Of a stretch of 64,000 nt of DNA, positions 39,238 to 48,129 are shown in pieces; position 1 is the first letter of the stretch, and each line of letters opens with the position of its first letter. This stretch comes from Candidatus Omnitrophota bacterium (GTDB lineage: Bacteria > Omnitrophota > Gorgyraeia > B26-G9 > JBDRCZ01). Position numbers and translations under genes: made by a program. Below the pieces are notes generated by a model. It was not told where the DNA came from. It searched no databases and was given only the letters and a program-made list of their open reading frames with translations. Where the stretch lies: positions 792 to 64,791 of the forward strand of contig JBDRCZ010000056.1 of NCBI GenBank assembly GCA_043821285.1, in the 5' to 3' direction.

Positions 39238-40053
39238 GTGGGATTAGATCAGGCGCAAATCGAGCGGTATTCAAGGCAGATTATCTTGCCAAATGTTGGC
39301 CGGCGGGGACAGGAAAAAATATTTAAATCAAAAGTGCTGATTATTGGTGCCGGAGGTCTGGGTTCACCTTCTGCCTTGTACCTTGCCTCAGCCGGCGTGG
39401 GGAGTCTGGGTATTGTTGACTCAGACGAGGTAGAGCTTAATAACCTGCATAGACAAGTTTTACATTCCACAAAAACTATCGGCATCGCAAAAGTAAAATC
39501 TGCTAAGCATAGACTTATGTCACTAAATCCTGATGTAAAAACTGTTACTTACAATACCAGAGTTACCGCAGATAATATTTCTAATCTGATTAAGGGTTAT
39601 GATATAATCGTAGATGCATCTGATAATTTCCCCACGCGATATTTAGCAAATGATGTTTGTGTTCTCTCAAAGAAACCATTTTCGCACGGCAGTGTATGCG
39701 AATTTGGCGGGCAGGTAATGACAATTGTCCCGGGGAAAAGTGCCTGTTACCGGTGTTTATTCCCTGAACCCCCGCCACCCGGACGCATGCCCAATAGTCA
39801 GGAAACAGGTATACTTGGTGTGGTTCCGGGTATAATTGGTACAATTCAGGCAAATGAAGTATTAAAATATATTTTAGGTATCGGCAATCTTCTAATTGGC
39901 AGACTGCTGGTGTTTGATGCGCTTAATTCTTCTTTTCGAGAGGTGAAAGTCAAAAGAGATAAAAATTGCATGGTGTGTAGTGAAAAATATCATGATAAGA
40001 AAAAAAAGATAATGCCACGGATTTACACGGATTGGACACGGATAAAAAAATAG
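39238..40053 (+). CDS. moeB: MoeB/ThiF-family E1-like adenylyltransferase
   Basis: GTG start. Rossmann motif IIGAGGLGS and CxxC pair (CYRC). The 3' end of the ORF reads through a family-D repeat (codons MPRIYTDWTRIKK). Confidence 0.8.
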   Translation: MGLDQAQIERYSRQIILPNVGRRGQEKIFKSKVLIIGAGGLGSPSALYLASAGVGSLGIVDSDEVELNNLHRQVLHSTKTIGIAKVKSAKHRLMSLNPDVKTVTYNTRVTADNISNLIKGYDIIVDASDNFPTRYLANDVCVLSKKPFSHGSVCEFGGQVMTIVPGKSACYRCLFPEPPPPGRMPNSQETGILGVVPGIIGTIQANEVLKYILGIGNLLIGRLLVFDALNSSFREVKVKRDKNCMVCSEKYHDKKKKIMPRIYTDWTRIKK

Positions 40054-40093
40054 TATGTAAAAATCTGTGGTTGCTTGTAATCTATGGTTGCTT
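40012..40093. repeat. Family D half-element (gccacggatttacacggattggacacggat) joined to a minus-orientation family A element (atctgtggttgc...atctatggttgc)
   Basis: Direct match to the repeat units at 42690-42710 and 1176-1189. Confidence 0.55.
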
Positions 40094-40124
40094 ATTAAAA
40101 GTGTAGATAGTTTTTGACAGAACC
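40093..40124 (+). promoter_or_regulatory. Conserved upstream motif ATTAAAAGTGTAGATAGTTTTTGACAGAACC
   Basis: Third copy of the motif. RBS aaggagga follows. Confidence 0.4.
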
Positions 40125-40148
40125 ATATAGATAAGGAGGAGGCAAGAA

Positions 40149-40625
40149 ATGAAGGTGTATCGTTGTCGTATTTGTGGGGAGGTTTATATTGGGGAAGAAA
40201 AACCAAAAAGCTGCCCGTTTTGCGGGGAGCATGAGGCTTATTTTGTTTTAGCAAAGGAGTGGGCGTTATTACATAGTCGCGAGCTGTCAGATATCAGCCG
40301 GAACAATTTAAGAAAGGCATTGGATCTGGAAATAAATAATACGAATTTTTATAAGGCCGCCTCGGGAAAAAGTAAAGATGTCTATTTTTCCAGTATGTTT
40401 AAGGGACTGTCAAAGGTGGAGCGGGAACACGCCTCGACTATTTGCAAGTATTTAAACATTCAAAAACCAGACTCAAACATCAGCTCGGATAAGACAGTTG
40501 ATTTAGGCGCAGATAATGTCAAAGAAGCGAACCGGCGGGAAAGGAGCGCGGTTAAATTCTATGGCGAAGCAATGCAGCAGGCTCCGGAAAAAGAAATAAA
40601 AGATTTCTTCAATATTGGGATATAG
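40149..40625 (+). pseudogene. Rubredoxin-domain plus ferritin-like (reverse-rubrerythrin-like) gene, apparently truncated at the 3' end
   Basis: N-terminal CRIC...CPFC rubredoxin knuckles. Only one ExxH diiron half-site (VEREH) before the stop. The ORF runs straight into the 5'-truncated DUF1016 reading frame. Confidence 0.5.
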
Positions 40626-41517
40626 GTAAACAGATTGTAGAGAAGCAGAGAAAGCTCGGTTGGGGAAAAGCCGTGGTTGAGAATCTGGCAGTTGATTTAC
40701 AAAAAGAATTTCCAGGTATACAGGGGTTTTCCGCGCAAAACCTCTGGCGTATGAAACAATTTTATCAGACTTATAAAAATAATGAAAAACTCTCACCAAT
40801 GGTGAGAGAAATAGGCTGGACGCATAATATGGTAATTATGATGAAGTGTAAAAATGATAACACGCGACAGTTTTATATCGGCATGACTAAAAAGTTCGGT
40901 TGGACTAAAAATATTCTTATTCATCAGATCGAAAATCAATCTTACGAGAAAACGTTTCTTAACCAAACTAATTTTGAAAAGACTGTTCCTATTAAAATAC
41001 GTAATCAGGCGAAACTAGCTGTTAAGGATGAATACACCTTTGATTTTCTTGAATTGGGCGATGAACATCTTGAAAACGAGCTTGAGCGGGCGCTCACGGC
41101 GAATGTGCGGAGATTTTTGCTGAGATGGGCGGCTATTTTTGTTTTGTTGGCAATCAGCATAGAATAGAAATAGACGGTAGAGAATATTTTGTAGATATTC
41201 TCTTGTATCATCGAAAATTACGGTGTCTGGTGGCAGTTGAGCTCAAGATTGGTGATTTTAAGCCTGAGTATGCAGGCAAAATACAATTTTATCTTTCCGC
41301 GCTTAATGATAGGAGTACGTTGAAAGAAGAAAATCCGGCTATTGGGATTATTATTTGTAAAAGCAAAAGCCGGACAGTAGTTGAATACGCCCTGAAAGAT
41401 GTTAATAAACCGATAGGTGTTTCAACCTATACGATCAAAAAATCTTTACCTAAGACGTTAAAGAAATATTTACCTTCATCAAAGGAATTGGCGGCAAGCG
41501 TAACGGTGGTGAAATGA
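40580..41517 (+). pseudogene. DUF1016/YhcG PD-(D/E)XK nuclease family gene, 5'-truncated and with a frameshift near 41140
   Basis: Frame 2 reads YWDIGKQIVEKQRKLGWGKA...FLL. A 1-nt shift is then needed to continue EMGGYFCFVGNQHRIEIDG...IGVSTY (the YhcG-like core). Confidence 0.6.
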
Positions 41518-41622
41518 AATTAAAAATTGGCCCCAACTTACAGTTCCAGATTGACGCGGTAAACACAGTGACTGATGTATTTGACGGGCAGCCTTTATCA
41601 GAAAGTGATCTGGAAAGTTGAC
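41514..41622 (+). pseudogene. N-terminal stub of a restriction-enzyme Res/helicase-type gene
   Basis: MKLKIGPNLQFQIDAVNTVTDVFDGQP resembles the start of type III Res / DEAD-like helicases and then stops. Confidence 0.3.
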
Positions 41623-41712
41623 TTTAAGACTGTGGTTGAAGAAAGTGAGATATAAGTAGTTAGTTTTTGACAAAACGAAGTATAAAGGAATAAGCTTAAT
41701 ATCTACTTAACA

Positions 41713-41850
41713 AATCGAAGATCCGCCGGTATTGTGGTGGACTGGTGCCCGCCACAAAGTCGAAGATCCGCCAGTATTTTGGTGGAATTGGCGGACAGGG
41801 ATTAAATTCCCTGCCAAAAAACATGGCGGGTCATTTAAGGAAATAGGCAT
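41713..41850. repeat. Family C element (two direct copies of TCGAAGATCCGCCNGTATTNTGGTGG, then TTGGCGGACAGGGATTAAATTCCCTGCC...ATGGCGGGTCATTTAAGG)
   Basis: Matches 53745-53840. Partial matches at 57295-57400 and 8625-8665(-). Confidence 0.6.
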
Positions 41851-41986
41851 AATGTCTCACCTCGCAGACCGTGAGGAAATTCTTCAACAAGAATTCCCTC
41901 TACGCTCGGTGGGATAAATTCGCACATATCACTTAGCTTCACTACGTTTACTAAGTGATATGTGCTCATTTAAGGAGGGGAGAAAA

Positions 41987-42562
41987 ATGGCAAGTGTAAA
42001 AGGGACAGAGACGGAAAAAAATCTTTTAGCTTCGTTTGCCGGAGAGTCGCAGGCCAGGAACCGGTATACATATTTTGCCGGTGCGGCAAAAAAAGAAGGG
42101 TATGAACAGATTGCCGCGATATTTATCGAAACCGCGGATAATGAAAAGGAACACGCGAAGAGGTTTTTTAAACTTTTAGAAGGCGGCGAGGTGGAGATTA
42201 CCGCCAGTTACCCCGCCGGCGTTATTGGTAATACTGCGGCTAATTTAGCAGAGGCAGCAGCCGGCGAACATCTCGAGTGGACAAAGCTTTACAAAGAGGC
42301 AGAAGCAACTGCGCGAAAAGAGGGTTTTGAAGAGGTCGCGGTTCAGTTTAAAGAAATTGCGGAAGTGGAAGAGGAGCATGAAAAGCGGTACCGGAAACTG
42401 TTAAAAAATGTAAAAGAGGGAAAGGTATTCAAAAAAGATACCGTGGTGAAATGGAAATGCCGCAATTGCGGTTATGTTCATGAGGGTAAAGTAGCACCAG
42501 AAGAGTGCCCGGCTTGTAAACATCCACAAGCTTATTATGAGGTATTGGCAGAGAATTATTGA
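41987..42562 (+). CDS. rbr: Rubrerythrin
   Basis: Ferritin-like diiron domain followed by a C-terminal rubredoxin-like CRNC...CPAC. Confidence 0.85.
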   Translation: MASVKGTETEKNLLASFAGESQARNRYTYFAGAAKKEGYEQIAAIFIETADNEKEHAKRFFKLLEGGEVEITASYPAGVIGNTAANLAEAAAGEHLEWTKLYKEAEATARKEGFEEVAVQFKEIAEVEEEHEKRYRKLLKNVKEGKVFKKDTVVKWKCRNCGYVHEGKVAPEECPACKHPQAYYEVLAENY

Positions 42563-42632
42563 ATATAGCAAGGGAGATTATAGATATTGATTAATTTTGG
42601 ATAGTGTCAAGGCGTTATTACAAAATTAAAAG

Positions 42633-42665
42633 TAACCACAGATTGCACAGATTACGCAGATAGAA
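42633..42665. repeat. Family A element (aaccacagattgcacagattacgcagatag)
   Basis: CAGAT units. Preceded by TTAAAAGT. Confidence 0.6.
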
Positions 42666-42689
42666 CGCTTTAAAACAGAAAAAAGATAT

Positions 42690-42854
42690 AGCCACGGATT
42701 AACACGGATAAAAAAAGGTTAAACGATTTTATTATTAAAATCCGGGTTACATCCGTGTGAATCCGTGGCTGAAAAAAAATACTTACACCACGAATAGCAC
42801 AGATTAACACGAATGGAAAAAAGGTTTATTCGTGACAATTCGTGCAATTGGTGG
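42690..42854. repeat. Family D element with inverted termini AGCCACGGATTAACACGGAT ... ATCCGTGTGAATCCGTGGCT (42690-42770) plus a degenerate tandem copy (42787-42854)
   Basis: Near-identical element at 60083-60178. Confidence 0.65.
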
Positions 42855-43088
42855 TAGCAGTTCAGGTTTGAAAAAGAAGAAAAAATAAACAAAACAATAA
42901 AAAAAATTATCAACCACAGAGGACACAGAGAAAATATGAAAGGAGAGACAGGATTAACAAGATATTGAGGATAAAAAATAACGAATCTTGTTAATCCCAT
43001 AAATCCTGCTAAAAAATAAAAATTTGAACATGTAGAGACTGTAGATAAAAATAAAAAAAAGAAAAAGCACTAATAGATATTTTCTATA

Positions 43089-43118
43089 AGTTCTACATGT
43101 TCTATATGTTCTACATGG
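43089..43118. repeat. 9-bp tandem repeat (ATGTTCTAC/T x3) in an AT-rich intergenic spacer
   Basis: Visible in the sequence. Confidence 0.6.
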
Positions 43119-43405
43119 TTGAAAATTCGTATAATTTGTGGTGGGAAGATTATATATTTTAAACACGGAACTGTTACGGGAATTCTTATTTTGCTAGAAT
43201 TACCATATTATACGAAATTCACATTTTCTGCTATTATAATATAATTGCGAAAGTAAATAAATTTAATTTTCAGTCTTAACTGCTTATTAATTAGTATATT
43301 AGCACATAAGTAAAATAGCTATACAATTGGACAGAACAAGAAAGTATTTATCAGAAAACCCACAAATTAGGAACTTCGTATATTAATTATTATAAATAAA
43401 AAATA

Positions 43406-43933
43406 ATGAAAAAAATAATTCAACTCATAATTTCAATTTTATTAATATCTATACTTGCAATTAATAATGTTCAAGCTGGGCAAAAATCAACAAGAAACAT
43501 AAACGATATAAATGAACTTCTCGAAGATATTCAATTTACTTTCTCAATAGATGAAACTTTAAATAAAGATAAAAAATTACCAATAATAACTATTTATATG
43601 CAATATAATGGTGATGGTTCCCGAACTATTCTTTGGGATGAAAGATTTTATTTTTTATTGTGGGATAAAACATTCTTATTGGAAATAAAATCAGAAGAAG
43701 AAAAAAGTGATACAAGTAAACTTCATAATATGACCGGAGGACTTTATTATCCAAATTCGAAATATTATTTATATAAAGGCATTATACTTACGTCTATTTT
43801 AGATTTCAATGATCCAGGACCATGCATGTTTTGCGGACCAAGAAAAGGGAAAAATATTCTAAATTTTTATATTCAAGATAAAGATGGAAATTTAAAAAAA
43901 ATCGGGAACGAATTAATTGTAAATATAGAATAA
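43406..43933 (+). CDS. hypothetical secreted protein
   Basis: Signal peptide. AT-rich codon usage. No recognisable family. Confidence 0.45.
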   Translation: MKKIIQLIISILLISILAINNVQAGQKSTRNINDINELLEDIQFTFSIDETLNKDKKLPIITIYMQYNGDGSRTILWDERFYFLLWDKTFLLEIKSEEEKSDTSKLHNMTGGLYYPNSKYYLYKGIILTSILDFNDPGPCMFCGPRKGKNILNFYIQDKDGNLKKIGNELIVNIE

Positions 43934-44052
43934 ATTTATAACAACTGTCTTCAACTAACTGCTGGGAGTACGCAAAATAGCCTACCCCAGCAGGTGAGTT
44001 CGAATGATGAATATGGATTAATAGAAAACTTATAACAAAGTAATGAACCGAA

Positions 44053-44075
44053 CTTGAAAACCTAACGGTTTTCAA
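44053..44075. repeat. Family B palindrome (TTGAAAACCTAACGGTTTTCAA)
   Basis: Perfect 9-bp arms. Confidence 0.6.
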
Positions 44076-44113
44076 ATCGGTTATTTTCACGTTATAGGAA
44101 AATAAATATAAAA

Positions 44114-45127
44114 ATGGAATTAAGAAAATATAATTTCGACGAATTAAATGAAGCAGATGTAAGAGAAGAAATCATAGCGCCTCTTCTTCGGGAATTAAAC
44201 TATAGTTCAGGGACAGAAAATAATATAATACGTGAACAACCACTAAAATATCCCTACTCGCAACTGGGGCGGAAAAAACCGAATAAAGATCCCCTGCTCA
44301 GAGGTAAAGCAGATTATATATGTGAAATAGTTAATGGTCCTAGATGGACTATCGAAGCCAAAGCCCCCTCCGTAGATATTTCACCTGACGATATAGACCA
44401 GGCTTATTCGTATGCAATACACCCCGAAATTAGAGCAACGTATTTCTGTGTTGCCAATGGGAAAAAATTTATATTTTTTCAAACAGATCAGGGACCAAAT
44501 GCAAAGCCCAGTATAGAAACTTCCTACGAGAAATTAAATGAAGATTTTGAAACAATCAACAATTTAATTGGTCCAGAAGCGTTGATCTGCAATCATGGCA
44601 AAATTAAAATAGATGTTGGGAAGCCTCTAGGTAAAGGGTTGCGCTCCATTGGTAGAATTACAAATGGCTTCATTAAATATACCAATACAAATATTCCTAT
44701 CCCTGCGTTGCTTGAAATGATTACGCCAATTAAATATGGCTCCATTGAAAGAGACAAGGATAACAACCTTTTAGCCTATATAGAAGTAATAAGCCCTTTC
44801 CAATCATTACAAGAATTAAATGAAAAACTTGGTTTAGACAAAATGGAATTGCTAAGCACGGCCTCCGTTCTTTCAATAGATGCACGAAGGCCAACACAGT
44901 TTGAATCAACGCAAAATATAATACTACCTCAAGGGTTGTATATATTGGATCTTAATTCATGGAAAAAGAATCCTTTGCCCATGAATATACACTGTGAGGC
45001 AAAAACAATAGCCAAGGGATACTTAAGAAACAATATGTTCTCTGGCGAATTCCAAGCTAATCTTATTTATAAAAACATTAACCAAACGATAAACCTAAAA
45101 GGTAAATTTGAAATATTTATAAATTAA
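44114..45127 (+). CDS. HsdR_N-like (type I restriction enzyme R N-terminal, PD-(D/E)XK) nuclease-domain protein
   Basis: EADVREEIIAPLLRELNY...GKADYICEI...TIEAKAP pattern typical of the HsdR_N domain. C-terminal 200 aa of unknown family. Confidence 0.55.
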   Translation: MELRKYNFDELNEADVREEIIAPLLRELNYSSGTENNIIREQPLKYPYSQLGRKKPNKDPLLRGKADYICEIVNGPRWTIEAKAPSVDISPDDIDQAYSYAIHPEIRATYFCVANGKKFIFFQTDQGPNAKPSIETSYEKLNEDFETINNLIGPEALICNHGKIKIDVGKPLGKGLRSIGRITNGFIKYTNTNIPIPALLEMITPIKYGSIERDKDNNLLAYIEVISPFQSLQELNEKLGLDKMELLSTASVLSIDARRPTQFESTQNIILPQGLYILDLNSWKKNPLPMNIHCEAKTIAKGYLRNNMFSGEFQANLIYKNINQTINLKGKFEIFIN

Positions 45128-45494
45128 CCCTATAACGAATAAAGCGTTTAATTCGATTGAACGAACGGAGTGAGCGAACATCGATTTAAACGCTGGTTGA
45201 ACAAGCCTGCTTCGCTACCGATGATGAGTAATTGCGTATTAAATGAAGCGACTGTTAAGCGCGATTACAGATAAAGCTTGTAGAAAGAGGAAGAAATTCA
45301 GTTGTCGAGAAGGGAACGCTGATGAAAGTTTTACTTTAGTAAAGTGCAGGTTTTGGAAATATAAATTATAAAGTTTTTTCATTAATTACAGCAAAAAAAT
45401 AATTTTTTTTGGAACAACAAATTACGCAAATAAATACTCATGATGGGTATTGCGTATTGAGAATAAAAAATTTATAGATGGTCAAGAATAGATC

Positions 45495-46151
45495 GTGAGG
45501 AAATTTTGCGGAGGCATTTTGAAGAAGAATAAAGTATTTTGGGTAGTTGTTTTTATTGGGTTTTTTATCAGCCACATCTTAGCTTTTGCTCAGGACAAAA
45601 AGAGTGAGCCTCTTATCAAATCGGCATTGGAAAATGTTATGAACGATGTAAGAGGAGCGATCATTGCAAATAACTATACGTTATTAACGAATTCTATTGA
45701 CCCGACACAAAGGCTTACTCAGGAGGAATTAGAAAAGATATCAAAAGATGAGAAAAGCAGAAACTTTTGTCTAGATCAAATGTTTCCTGACTTGAAAAAC
45801 AGTACAAAATTTATTCACCTAAAAATAAAAGGTGAATGGGCAGGATACTATGCGGAAACAGATTTAGATGATCCTGATTGGCTCACAGTTAGTGTCTTTG
45901 TATTTCACAGGATACAAGGAAAATGGTATGTATATGCCATGGGTTATGGTCTTTGTAAAGCAAGACCTAATGGTAAATATGCCAACACACCAATGAGTGC
46001 TTGGGAAGGGACAGACGACATCATGAATACAATTAATAGCGATCCTGAATTCCAAATAGAAAACATAATCAAGGAGAAAGAAGAAGGGCAGAAAAATAAG
46101 GGGGAAGATGGGGGAGACGTAGTGGGGGACTTTGATGCAAACATGCATTAA
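45495..46151 (+). CDS. hypothetical secreted protein
   Basis: Signal peptide. No recognisable family. Confidence 0.4.
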   Translation: MRKFCGGILKKNKVFWVVVFIGFFISHILAFAQDKKSEPLIKSALENVMNDVRGAIIANNYTLLTNSIDPTQRLTQEELEKISKDEKSRNFCLDQMFPDLKNSTKFIHLKIKGEWAGYYAETDLDDPDWLTVSVFVFHRIQGKWYVYAMGYGLCKARPNGKYANTPMSAWEGTDDIMNTINSDPEFQIENIIKEKEEGQKNKGEDGGDVVGDFDANMH

Positions 46152-46174
46152 ATCTACGAAAAATAATAAATGAA

Positions 46175-46636
46175 ATGGAGATTTTACAAGCGACAATTCT
46201 CGATGCAGAAGAAATTTTGAAACTGCAGAAACTGGCTTATCAAATTGAAGCTGAACGCTACAATGATTACAATATACCACCTCTCAAACAGACAATCGCT
46301 GAAATAAGAGAACAATTCAAAACAAATATATTCTTAAAAGCTGTCTCTGAAGGACAAATTATTGGTACAGTAAGGGCGCATGAAGAAAATGGAACGTGTT
46401 ATGTTAGTAAGTTAGCAGTTTTTCCTGATAAACAAAATCAAGGGATTGGAACCGCTTTAATAAAAGAAATCGAAAAGCGTTTTACCCCAAAACGATTTGA
46501 ACTTTTTGTTGGTTCGAAAAGCGATAATAATATACATCTTTACCAAAAATTAGGATATAATATCTATAAAATCGGTGACTATGAGTGTGGACATATAAAA
46601 ATTCTATATATGGAAAAAATTAATAAAAACAGATAA
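46175..46636 (+). CDS. GNAT family N-acetyltransferase
   Basis: Acetyl-CoA motif QNQGIGTALI. Confidence 0.75.
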   Translation: MEILQATILDAEEILKLQKLAYQIEAERYNDYNIPPLKQTIAEIREQFKTNIFLKAVSEGQIIGTVRAHEENGTCYVSKLAVFPDKQNQGIGTALIKEIEKRFTPKRFELFVGSKSDNNIHLYQKLGYNIYKIGDYECGHIKILYMEKINKNR

Positions 46637-46847
46637 CCACTCTATGTTATAAATAAAAAAACAAATAATCGCACGGCGACGCAGAGACACAGGGGTAAAC
46701 CGCAAAAATTCATCAACCGCGAAATACACTAAAGACACGAAATAGTTAAAAATACTTTGAAGATGAAGAAATTGTTTAAATAAAAACATTTTTCGTGTGT
46801 TTTGTAACTTTCGTGTTAAAAGATAAAAAACAGATAACCAAATGCTG

Positions 46848-46893
46848 CAGTGAATTTGTACTGCTATCGCAGTCCGAATCATTGAGCTTTGCC
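46848..46893 (+). repeat. 48-bp direct repeat, copy 1 (CAGTGAATTTGTACTGCTATCGCAGTCCGAATCATTGAGCTTTGCC)
   Basis: Copy 2 at 47592-47637 differs at 2-3 positions. The two copies flank the 46913-47506 lipoprotein gene. Confidence 0.8.
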
Positions 46894-46912
46894 TTATGTA
46901 GAGTTTATAATT

Positions 46913-47506
46913 GTGAAAAAAATAATTTTATTTTTACCTTTATGTTTGATTTTATCAGGATGCCTTACATATCAGGAATATTCATTTAGATTTGATTATA
47001 ATACTGGAAAGACAGAAAAAGTTTATCATGATTTTCGATCTCAAAAAGGCTTTGATGAAAAAGATTATAGTATCGAAAACGACTGGAATACATTAAAAGA
47101 AAGTGTAAGCAAAGAATTTGGCAAAGATATCGACAAAGACGTGATTGAACCTATTAAAGCTGAACTCTTTCAGGAAGGCGAGGTATTATCGGGAAAAGAA
47201 ATATTTGTGGTACAGTTACCCAAGGCATTTCCATCAAAAATAGCAATACTAGAAAGACTTCATGCCGAGGGGGATTTAAATGAGAATTTAGAGTTTCAAA
47301 TATTAAATGGTGAGATATTTTTATTTACTCATGATAAAAAAATCAAATCAACCAACGGAAAGATCGTTAAAACTAATAAGAATAATATCATTGTTTGGCC
47401 GGAAGATCAAATCGTATTTGAATTTAGTATTAGTAATAATCAGGGTGGCAAATCTCTTTTGCCTTTCTATCTTAAAGAAAAAGAGCGTAAAGAAAAAAAA
47501 GAATAA
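46913..47506 (+). CDS. hypothetical lipoprotein
   Basis: GTG start. MKKIILFLPLCLILSGC lipobox. Confidence 0.5.
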   Translation: MKKIILFLPLCLILSGCLTYQEYSFRFDYNTGKTEKVYHDFRSQKGFDEKDYSIENDWNTLKESVSKEFGKDIDKDVIEPIKAELFQEGEVLSGKEIFVVQLPKAFPSKIAILERLHAEGDLNENLEFQILNGEIFLFTHDKKIKSTNGKIVKTNKNNIIVWPEDQIVFEFSISNNQGGKSLLPFYLKEKERKEKKE

Positions 47507-47591
47507 TATAAAAACACATAACAAATCGTTAAAAAACTCTGTGATCTTTGCGGCTCTGTGTGAGAATAAAAAAAATTATAACAAATCGCTT

Positions 47592-47637
47592 CAGTGAATT
47601 TGTACTGCTATCGCAGTCCGAATCGCTGAGCTTTGCG
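47592..47637 (+). repeat. 48-bp direct repeat, copy 2
   Basis: See copy 1 at 46848-46893. Confidence 0.8.
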
Positions 47638-47718
47638 TCATCGAAAAATAAAAAATGAATAGACGATTAGAAAGCTTAAAAGCTTCACTGTCTAAAGGTT
47701 AAGAAGATTGAATTTTTA

Positions 47719-47858
47719 GGAAGGGACATTGAAGATTTTCCAATACTATGTCATACGCTTCCTCCCAGCGCTGCAGTAGATGGTTTGTTGGGTCTGGATT
47801 TTCTTCGTGGGGTACGTCTGATTATAGACTTACGAGCAGGTATCGTCATTTTTGATTA
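47719..47858 (+). pseudogene. Relic of a retropepsin-like aspartyl protease gene (C-terminal part only)
   Basis: Translation ...DFPILCHTLPPSAAVDGLLGLDFLRGVRLIIDLRAGIVIFD* matches the C-terminal half of clan AA bacterial aspartyl proteases. There is no N-terminal DSG region or start codon. Confidence 0.5.
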
Positions 47859-48129
47859 GAACACGCAAGAAGATTTGTGCGAAGAGACACCCGACATCAG
47901 CTAACACAGAAAAAAAGAGAAGGTCAGAGATCGCTTGTCCTGTGGATGGAAAGTAGCCTTGCCCTCCCTTCCCTGTTTTAACATTTCTATCGACAAACAG
48001 ACCTAACGATAATACCTTAAAGGGCAGCCCTGCAGATTTTACTTGTGAAACATGTAAAAACTGGGGTAAAATAGATGCGAATGAACCAATTTTTACGAGT
48101 TATTAGTGGAGAATTATTAAATATATTAT

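Noticed and set aside
41732-41917. 61-aa ORF MWWTGARHKVEDPP...
   Set aside because: It is encoded entirely by the family C repeat (CCCGCCACAAAG...GGCGGACAGGG). W-rich translation and no RBS. A repeat artefact.
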